64,000 nt of DNA from Thermoplasmata archaeon UBA61 (GTDB taxonomy: Archaea; Thermoplasmatota; Thermoplasmata; Lutacidiplasmatales; UBA184), in the NCBI GenBank assembly GCA_002503985.1, contig DASW01000006.1, positions 30,080 to 94,079 on the forward strand. The letters run 5' to 3'. The notes under the pieces are model-generated. The model was not told the DNA's origin, ran no database searches, and was given only the letters and a program-made list of their open reading frames with translations. Each line of letters starts with the position of its first letter. Within the stretch, counting starts at the first letter, position 1. This document shows, one piece after another, positions 56,997-64,000 of the stretch. A program made the position numbers and the translations under genes.

Positions 56997-59900
56997 TCAC
57001 GAGGAGAAGTCGTCGTCCTCGGTCAGCGTCTCACCCTTGCGCCCGGTCGCTTTCTTCGTGGGCTTCTTCAGGATGTCGACGCTGATCCGGTCGAGCTCTC
57101 CCATGAGGACATCGATGTCCGGCTCTCCCTCGGGCATTCCGGGGACACCGGCGTCGACCGCCGGCCCACCCGCCATCGCGGGAGCCCCGACGGATGGCCC
57201 ATGGCCGACCTCCTCGGTCGTCTCGAGATAGGCCGGCGCGGACGCAGCGGGACCTTCCCCAACCGAGGGAGCCGGACCTTCCTGCCACGCGTGCATCGGG
57301 GCCGCGGCTCCCCCAGCCGCGTGGGGCTTCCCACCCGCGTGAGGCCCCCCACCCACGTGGGGCCGGCCGCGGCGCAGGAGAACGAGGGCCGCGAGAAGGA
57401 CCACGACGAGTACCACGATGACGATCCCGATGTAGTCCCAGGGTATCGAGGAGCCCGACGACGGCGTCGTCACGGTCACCGCCGCGGCCGCCGCGGACGT
57501 CTGTGTGACGGGCGACGACGCGCTGTCGGTCACCCGAAGCTCGAACGCGTACGTGTTTCCCGCCGTCAAGCTGTTCGCCGCGATGGAGCACGTCTCCAAT
57601 GAGCCCGCGGCGGCTCTCGACCCGCTGTTCACGGCACACTGCGTCGCCGGCGCGAAGGCTCCACCATTGACCGAGACCAGCCACTGCCAGGAGTAGGTGG
57701 GAGTCCCTGTCGACGGGATCGATGCCGTCACGTTCAACACCTCGTTGGAGGCTAGAGACGTAGCGCTCACCGTTGGAACGATAGGAGCTGTCAACGCCGA
57801 GCTCACCGCCACGGTCGCGGACGCGGACGACGTCTGCGTCTCGGGAGAGGTCGCGCTATCGGTCACCACGTAACAGTAGTACGTCGTGGTGGTAGGGGAG
57901 GCCGAGTACGTCGCGAGCGTCGCTCCGGAGATCGGAGTGCCCAACGCCGTGCACGAGCTCGCGGTACTTCCCGAATACCACTGGTAGGTGTAGGGGCCGG
58001 ACCCGCCGGACGGGCTCGCCGTCACGGTGATCGACTGTCCGCTGTCGATGGAGAGAGACGAGGGGGTCGGAGTTCCCGCCACCAGGGCCGAGCTCACCGT
58101 CACGGTCGCTGAGGCCGATGACGACAGCGTCTCCGGCGTCGACGCGCTGTCCGTCACCCGCAGCTCGAAGATGTACGTGGCGCCCACCGTGAGCGTGTTC
58201 GTGGGGATGGAGCACGTCTCGGTAGCTCCTGCGGTCGCGGCCGTCCCGTTGTTCACGACACACTCTTTCGTGGTCGCATAGGCTCCGCCGCTGACGGAAA
58301 CCAGCCACTGCCAGGAGTAGCTCGCCGTCCCGGTGGACGGAATCACGCCGGTCAGTGTCAACGTCTGGTCGACGTCCAGCAGTGTCGCGCTCACCGGAGG
58401 CGTGCCGGGCGCTGTCAACCCCAGATTCACGCTGATCGTCGAGGAGGACCGCGACGTCTGGGTCTCCAGCGGCGTAGCGCTATCGGAAACCTTGAGCTCG
58501 AAAGTGTAGGTGTCTCCCACCGTCAAGGTGCCGGTCGCGATGTTGCACCTCGCCGTGGCCCCCGCGCTGGCCCCGCTACCGCTGTTCTGCGTGCATTGCG
58601 TCGCGGGGGCGTAGGCTCCGCCGTTGACGGAGACCAGCCACTGCCAGGAGTAGGTCGGAGTGCCCGTCGACGGCATCGTTCCGGCCACCATCAACGTCTG
58701 GTCCACGTCCAACGCCGTAGCGCTCACCGTCGGCGCGACCGGCGCTGTCAGCGCCGGGCTTACGATCACCGAGGAAGAGAACGCTGACGTTTCCGTCTCA
58801 GGGGTCGTCGCACCGTCGGTCACCTGCAGCTCGAATGCATAGGTCGCCCCGACCGTCAGGGTACCCGCCTCGATACTGCACGTTTCGGTATCCCCTACGC
58901 CCGCCCCGGAACCCTCGCTCACCGAGCACATCGTCGCCAACGCGTAGGAACCGCCGTTGACCGAGACCAGCCATTGCCACGAGTAGGGGGACGTCCCGGT
59001 GGACGGGATCACTCCTGTCCCGGTCAATGCCTGATCGACATCGAGCGCCGTGGTGCTCATCGTGGGCGCATTCGGAGCCGTCAGGGCCGAGTTCACAGTC
59101 ACCCCTTCCGCGGTCGAGGGGGAGCTGTCGAAGTTCGAGTCCATCACTACGTAACAGTAGTACGTCGTGGTCGCCGGGCCGGCTTCATAGGTGGATGCTG
59201 TCGCATCCAGGACCTGCGAAGTTAATGCCAGGCATGCAGCCCCGGTGGCACCCCAATACCACTGGAAGGTGTCGCCGCCCGAGCCACCGGATGGGTGCGC
59301 GGTGAGGACGACCGACTGGCCGAGATCGAGGACGGGTGCCGAGGGGGTCGGGGTTCCCGCCGTCAGCGCCAAGCTTGTCGTTACCGTCGAGGAAGGCGAC
59401 GACGGGACCGTTTCCGGTGCCGACGCGCTGTCCGTCACTTGGAGCTCAAAATTGTAGAACGTGCTGGCGGTGAGTGTGTCCCCTAGAATGGCACAGGTCA
59501 CCCCAGCGCCCGCGCCGTCCCCGATTCCATTGTTCACGAGGCACTGCGTCGTAGCCACGTAGGTTCCGCCATTGACTGAGATCAGCCACTGCCAGGAGTA
59601 GGTCGGTGTCCCCGTCGAGGGGATCGTTCCGGTCACAGTCATCGCCTGGTCTGCATCCAAAGTCGTGACGCTCGGCGTGGGTGCAACCGTGGTCGTCAGT
59701 GTCGTGTTCACCGTCGCGACCGAAGAGGCCAATGAAATAGTCGTGACCGGGGTCGTCGCTGAGTCCTTCAGCTGCAGCTCATACGCGTAGGTACCGACCG
59801 ATGCGGCCACTCCTATGACGCAATTCACGACCTCACCGTCCGAGGCCGTTCCGCTTGGAGTGGCGCACTGGGTTGCGGTGGCCATGGCGTATGCACCTGC

Positions 59901-62900
59901 ATTGAACGAGACCATCCACGTGTACGTCACCGTGCCGCTGCCACCGAGGGCGGCGGGCAATGTATCGGTCGCAGCGGGCGGCGTCTGCCCCTGGTCGATC
60001 GTTGCGGTCGACACCGAGGGGGCACTCGCGCTCGCAAGTGCCGCGTTCACTGTCACTGAGGCAGAGGCAGAAGTGGAAGTGGCCCCGGTGTTATCGGTTA
60101 CGTTGAGTTCGAAGCTGTACGACCCGGTCAGGGTCGCCCCCGACGTGACGAAACTGCAGGTCAGCGTCGTCGGTGCCAGACAATCGGTCACGGAAGAATA
60201 CGATCCGGCTCCCGGCGCCTTCTCGAGCCACTGGTAGCTGTACGGAGTCGTTCCGGTTGTTGGCGCGGAGACCGTGATTGTCACCGTCTGTCCCTGGTCC
60301 ACCGTCTGCGTGGCCGGGTTCGGGGCAGGAACGACCAGTTCCGTGTTCACAGTGACGGTAACGGAGTTGGAGGTTGACGGGGTCCCTGTGGTATCGGTCA
60401 CCTGCAGTTCGAACGCCCAAACGCCGGTGGTCGACAGAACACCGGTCGAAGTGCTCGGTGTGCTCGTGGTGTTACAGCCGGACGTGAACGATGAGCCGAG
60501 GTTGACGTAGCTTCCACCCGGAGCTTTGACGAGCCATTGGCAGGTGTAAGGGGACGTGCCTCCGCTGAACGAGGTCGTCGTGGAGAGCAGCGCGCTCTGC
60601 CCCGAGTCGATCGTGGTCGGAACGACGGAGATCACCGGGGCGGAGAGCGTCACGGCGACCAGAACCGTCACGGCGTTCGACACTACCGGTGCCCCGGTGT
60701 TGTCCGTAACCCGGAGCTCGAAGCTCCAAGTACCAACTGTCGACAGAGGACCGGTCGAAGTGCTCGGTGTGCTGGTGGTAGTGCAGCCGGCACTGAAGGA
60801 TGAACCGAGATCGGTGTAGCTTCCCCCCGGAGCTTTGACGAGCCACTGACAGGTGTAGGGGGATGTGCCTCCGCTGAACGAGGTCGTCGTGGAGAGCGTC
60901 GAGGACTGACCGCTGTCGATCGCCGCCGGAGCGGCCGAGATCGTCGGTGCGGTGAGAGCGCCGTTGACCAGGACCGTCACCGCGTTCGAATCAACAACCT
61001 CGGTCGGACTCCCGCTGTCCGTCACCTGGAGCTCAAAGCTCCATGTCCCTGTGGTCGCGAGGGTGCCGGTCGATACGGTCGGTAGGTCGCCTACATTGCA
61101 GCTGAACGACACGCCAAGATCGGCGTAGCTTCCGCCCGGGGCTTCCTCCAGCCACTGGCAGGTGTAGGGTGGTGTGCCTGCACTGAACGACGTCGTCGCA
61201 GAGAGCGTCGATGACTGACCGCTGTCAATGGCCGTCGGAGCGACCGCGATCACGGGCGCGGCCAGCGCCGAGGCGACCGTCACTTCCACCGCGTTGGAGG
61301 GAGAGGTGTATCCCGGTACCCCACTGTCCGAGACCACCGCACAGTAGTACGTCGTCCCGGGCGATGACGTGCTCGGTGTGAAGGAGGTTCCCGGCGTCGA
61401 CGTGTCTGTCGAGGAGGCGCTGCAGGAGGAGGTGGCGGAACTATACCACTCGACCGGATCCGAGTTCGGTCCGAAATAGGTCATCGTCGCCGTCAGCGTG
61501 GCCGCTGTCTGCCCCACGTCATAGGCCAAGGGTCCGGTCGGCGCGACAGCGACCGTCGGGTCTAGATATACGGTGTATGTCGCCGACGCGCTGTTCACCC
61601 CGTCCGATGCCATCATCGTCCGTGCGCCGCTCGACACCGGGGGAATCGTCACCGTGCACGAGAGATCCCCCACGCTGTCTGAGCCGCAGCTCGACGTCGC
61701 CGGAGCCCCGTCTAGCGTGAAGGTGATTGGCTGAGATGCCGCAAAGCCAGTCCCTGTCGCGCCCGTAGTGCCTCCCACATCCCCGCTCGTTGGGCTCAGT
61801 GAGAGGAAGGCGTTCACGGTAAACGTGGTCGTGGCGCTGTTCGTACCGTCCGACGCGTCCACCGTCTCCGCTCCGGCCGGCGCTGGCGGTACCGTGAAAT
61901 CGCAGCTGAAGCTCCCCGTCGAGTCGGTGTTGAGGGAACCGGAAGTACACGATAGCGATACCCCATTGAGCGTGAACGTCGAGATCGTCACCGAGCTTCC
62001 AAAGCCCGTTCCCGTCGCCACTACCCCGGGGGTCCCGACGATGCCGCTGGTCGGGCTAGTGGTCAGGCTCGCGTCGAGCGTGAACTGGCTCGACGCCGCT
62101 ACGACGAACGTGCCACTCGGAGCCGTCGTCCATACCTCCACGTAGTACAGCCCACCCGGCATGGAGGGAATTGTGATGCTGCCGCTGAATGAGCCGTCCG
62201 AATCTGTCGGACCGAACGACACGCAGTAGGTGCTCTGCGTTTCCGAGGTTGCGTCGAAGCACACGTAATAGCTCGTGTCCGCCGCCAAACCGTCGGCCGT
62301 CAGGGTGTCCGAACTGCCTACCGTGCCGCTGTAGGAGCTCAACGAAACTGAAGGGTCCACCGTGAAGGAGGAAGTTGCGGTGATCGTTCCGTTATCTGTC
62401 GTGGTCGCTGTGATCGAATAACTCCCCGCCGTCGTCGTCGGTATCGTGATCGTGCATGTGAACGACCCGTCTAGCCCCACGGTAACCGGTCCTCCGATGC
62501 AGGCGAGGTCCACGCTGTTGAAGGCCGCCTGCACTTGGTCGCTGGGCGTGAACGAGGAGCCCGTCAGCACCGTCGTGCTCCCGACGATACCGCTTGTCGG
62601 GTTGATCGTGAGCACCGCACCCGCGAACGGTTCAAGGAAACTTGAGCCAGGAGAAGCCGAAGAACTGGGAGCTATAGAGGGAGGATTTGAATGGAGGGAG
62701 GAACCGACGGCCGCATTCGAGCCACCGACCGTGACCGTAAAGGTTTGGCTCGTGGAACTCGCGGTCGAACCTATCGCCGTCGCGGATGCGTGCGAACCAC
62801 CGGACGATGACGCGGGAGACACGACCAGCCCGAGCGGGCCCAGGGCGGCGGCGCCCAGCATGATGATCGATACGACAATGGCGAACCCTACAGCGCGCTT

Positions 62901-62927
62901 GCGCGGTGACAGGACATGTGCGTTCAT
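56997..62927 (-). CDS. Giant (1976 aa) surface protein with about 17 tandem PKD-like Ig-fold domains, a C-terminal TM anchor and a Pro-rich/acidic cytoplasmic tail
   Basis: N-terminal signal or TM segment. Repeated modules of roughly 100 aa carry the PKD-like signature ...SPYTCQWL/YSWQWLVSVNGG.Y...FEL.VTD... The TM segment is IVIVVLVVVLLAALVLL, and the tail is ...DIDVLMGELDRISVDILKKPTKK...DDDFSS. Confidence 0.8.
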   Translation of the reverse strand: MNAHVLSPRKRAVGFAIVVSIIMLGAAALGPLGLVVSPASSSGGSHASATAIGSTASSTSQTFTVTVGGSNAAVGSSLHSNPPSIAPSSSASPGSSFLEPFAGAVLTINPTSGIVGSTTVLTGSSFTPSDQVQAAFNSVDLACIGGPVTVGLDGSFTCTITIPTTTAGSYSITATTTDNGTITATSSFTVDPSVSLSSYSGTVGSSDTLTADGLAADTSYYVCFDATSETQSTYCVSFGPTDSDGSFSGSITIPSMPGGLYYVEVWTTAPSGTFVVAASSQFTLDASLTTSPTSGIVGTPGVVATGTGFGSSVTISTFTLNGVSLSCTSGSLNTDSTGSFSCDFTVPPAPAGAETVDASDGTNSATTTFTVNAFLSLSPTSGDVGGTTGATGTGFAASQPITFTLDGAPATSSCGSDSVGDLSCTVTIPPVSSGARTMMASDGVNSASATYTVYLDPTVAVAPTGPLAYDVGQTAATLTATMTYFGPNSDPVEWYSSATSSCSASSTDTSTPGTSFTPSTSSPGTTYYCAVVSDSGVPGYTSPSNAVEVTVASALAAPVIAVAPTAIDSGQSSTLSATTSFSAGTPPYTCQWLEEAPGGSYADLGVSFSCNVGDLPTVSTGTLATTGTWSFELQVTDSGSPTEVVDSNAVTVLVNGALTAPTISAAPAAIDSGQSSTLSTTTSFSGGTSPYTCQWLVKAPGGSYTDLGSSFSAGCTTTSTPSTSTGPLSTVGTWSFELRVTDNTGAPVVSNAVTVLVAVTLSAPVISVVPTTIDSGQSALLSTTTSFSGGTSPYTCQWLVKAPGGSYVNLGSSFTSGCNTTSTPSTSTGVLSTTGVWAFELQVTDTTGTPSTSNSVTVTVNTELVVPAPNPATQTVDQGQTVTITVSAPTTGTTPYSYQWLEKAPGAGSYSSVTDCLAPTTLTCSFVTSGATLTGSYSFELNVTDNTGATSTSASASVTVNAALASASAPSVSTATIDQGQTPPAATDTLPAALGGSGTVTYTWMVSFNAGAYAMATATQCATPSGTASDGEVVNCVIGVAASVGTYAYELQLKDSATTPVTTISLASSVATVNTTLTTTVAPTPSVTTLDADQAMTVTGTIPSTGTPTYSWQWLISVNGGTYVATTQCLVNNGIGDGAGAGVTCAILGDTLTASTFYNFELQVTDSASAPETVPSSPSSTVTTSLALTAGTPTPSAPVLDLGQSVVLTAHPSGGSGGDTFQWYWGATGAACLALTSQVLDATASTYEAGPATTTYYCYVVMDSNFDSSPSTAEGVTVNSALTAPNAPTMSTTALDVDQALTGTGVIPSTGTSPYSWQWLVSVNGGSYALATMCSVSEGSGAGVGDTETCSIEAGTLTVGATYAFELQVTDGATTPETETSAFSSSVIVSPALTAPVAPTVSATALDVDQTLMVAGTMPSTGTPTYSWQWLVSVNGGAYAPATQCTQNSGSGASAGATARCNIATGTLTVGDTYTFELKVSDSATPLETQTSRSSSTISVNLGLTAPGTPPVSATLLDVDQTLTLTGVIPSTGTASYSWQWLVSVSGGAYATTKECVVNNGTAATAGATETCSIPTNTLTVGATYIFELRVTDSASTPETLSSSASATVTVSSALVAGTPTPSSLSIDSGQSITVTASPSGGSGPYTYQWYSGSTASSCTALGTPISGATLATYSASPTTTTYYCYVVTDSATSPETQTSSASATVAVSSALTAPIVPTVSATSLASNEVLNVTASIPSTGTPTYSWQWLVSVNGGAFAPATQCAVNSGSRAAAGSLETCSIAANSLTAGNTYAFELRVTDSASSPVTQTSAAAAAVTVTTPSSGSSIPWDYIGIVIVVLVVVLLAALVLLRRGRPHVGGGPHAGGKPHAAGGAAAPMHAWQEGPAPSVGEGPAASAPAYLETTEEVGHGPSVGAPAMAGGPAVDAGVPGMPEGEPDIDVLMGELDRISVDILKKPTKKATGRKGETLTEDDDFSS
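60420..61330. repeat. Near-identical tandem DNA repeats (period about 308 nt, at least 3 copies) inside the giant PKD-repeat gene
   Basis: The string ccggtcgaagtgctcggtgtgct recurs at about 60442 and 60751. gagccactg(g/a)caggtgtagggg...ctgaacga(g/c)gtcgtcg recurs at about 60530, 60838 and 61150. Confidence 0.7.
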
Positions 62928-63377
62928 CGGTTACCTCGGTGGCGGCTTCTACGGACCCTTGGGACATCCGCTTCGAGAGCGAGTACGCGGCACAGGCAAG
63001 CGGCTCTTCGTGCGGAGAGAATCATGTTAGACTCGCACTTGTTCCTTCTCAGGTACTCGTTCACTTGCCGGTGTGACCACGCGACTCAGCGTGGCGACGA
63101 CCCGACAATTCATCTGAAAAACGATTGTGGCAGGCATTAAGCTTTCTAGCGCCGCCGGTTCGTATAACTCCTCACGAACGGGTCGACAGTCGGTACGAGC
63201 GGTCGTTTCTGACCGAGAACGTCCCCGAAAGGCACGGAGCGAGACTCAAGGGCTGAGTTCGGCCTGAGAAGCCGGTCCCACGCCGGTTAAACCGACTGCC
63301 GTGCCGGCGCTGATCGGACGGCTCCGCGATATCGACGGCGGAAGCGGCAGCGAACCGCCGACCTGCGCGGGAGGTGG

Positions 63378-64000
63378 TCACGAGGACTTGTTGTCGTTCT
63401 TGGCGGCTTCCCCGCCCTGCCCGCCCGTTCCGGGCTTCTGAGTCTTCTTCTGGACCTCGCCGCTCAGCTTGTCGAGCTCGGCCATGAGGGCCGCGATATC
63501 GGACTCCGCCCCCCCGGGCTCGGTGGGCGCGGGGGGTGGGGAAGGTGGCGGCGCTGGTCCGCTCACCATCACGGGAACGATGATGGGCGGCGCTTGGCCG
63601 ACATCCTCGGGCGTCTCCAGGTACGCGGGCGCGGCGGCCGGAGGTCCCTCGCCAGTGGAGGGTCCGGGTCCTTCCTCCCAGGCCTGCATCGGGGGCGCCG
63701 CTGCAACCGGGGGCCGACGACGTCGAAGGACGATAACCGACGCGAGAACGATCACGGCGATGGCAATCAGAAGGTATATCCAGAACCACGGGAAGCTCGA
63801 CGACGTCTTCGTCACCGTCACGGTCGGTGTTGCCGCTGAAGTCTGTGTCTCCGGCGACAACGAGCTATCCGTAACCCGGAGTTCGAACGCATACGTGTCT
63901 CCCGCCGTCAGTGGGTCGGCTGTGATGGAACACGTTACCGTGGCACCCGAACTCGCTCCCGCACCGCTGTTCACGACGCATTGCGTCGCGGGTACGTAGG
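63378..64000 (-). CDS. Second PKD-repeat surface protein (paralog), 3' portion only (the 5' end lies beyond the window)
   Basis: Same C-terminal architecture as the giant gene: a PKD-like repeat (TAGDTYAFELRVTDSS), then TM (IYLLIAIAVIVLASVIVL), then a Pro-rich tail. The conserved tail motif is DIAALMAELDKLSGEVQKKTQK. Confidence 0.7.
   Translation of the reverse strand, partial: YVPATQCVVNSGAGASSGATVTCSITADPLTAGDTYAFELRVTDSSLSPETQTSAATPTVTVTKTSSSFPWFWIYLLIAIAVIVLASVIVLRRRRPPVAAAPPMQAWEEGPGPSTGEGPPAAAPAYLETPEDVGQAPPIIVPVMVSGPAPPPSPPPAPTEPGGAESDIAALMAELDKLSGEVQKKTQKPGTGGQGGEAAKNDNKSS

Noticed and set aside
1-64000. CRISPR arrays, rRNA genes and IS/transposase genes
   Set aside because: No regularly spaced short direct repeats were seen outside the PKD-repeat gene. 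No Cas-like proteins and no transposase-like ORFs were seen. The only recombinase is the chromosomal XerA type.

Overview
This 64 kb window is very GC-rich (about two-thirds G+C). It is densely packed with roughly 60 protein genes and two tRNAs, and its gene content is clearly archaeal.

Several genes are archaeal signatures. These are a thermosome subunit, ribosomal protein L21e, RNA polymerase subunit F (Rpo4), DUF655, KsgA/Dim1, Pus10, aIF2-beta, deoxyhypusine synthase, FAD-dependent ThyX, a XerA-type tyrosine recombinase and a presenilin/SPP-like intramembrane protease. Housekeeping genes include MetRS, a class II LysRS, ValRS, a TldD/PmbA pair, a class III aminotransferase, a tryptophanase-family lyase, glycerate 2-kinase, 3-hydroxyacyl-CoA dehydrogenase and aldo-keto reductases. 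The two tRNAs are tRNA-Cys(GCA) on the minus strand and tRNA-Lys(CUU) on the plus strand.

Most of the window looks like core chromosome. Consecutive genes are tightly packed and often share 4-nt start/stop overlaps (ATGA, GTGA, and one apparent CTGA at valS). Several genes look leaderless, with a recurring TATA-like motif GGCTTTAT(C/T)TCC about 22-30 nt upstream of the start.

I found no CRISPR array, no obvious transposase or integrase other than XerA, and no rRNA.

The regions most worth a second look are listed below.
- The 3' end (56997-64000) carries two tandem giant surface proteins with PKD-like repeats. They share a conserved cytoplasmic tail motif, and the DNA contains near-identical tandem repeats.
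- A roughly 590-nt hairpin-rich non-coding region lies at 9860-10450.
- A probable frameshifted HExxH-protein gene lies at 10451-11367.
- A Kelch-like/MFS-tail chimeric ORF sits next to a secreted G1 (eqolisin)-type peptidase.
- A translationally coupled TtuA-like/Hbd/PrsW trio lies at 26647-29341.
- An aIF2-beta::TRAM fusion lies next to a presenilin homolog.
- The valS gene has no canonical start codon in frame with its conserved N-terminus.

All calls come from reading the supplied translations and the DNA by eye. No database searches were run.
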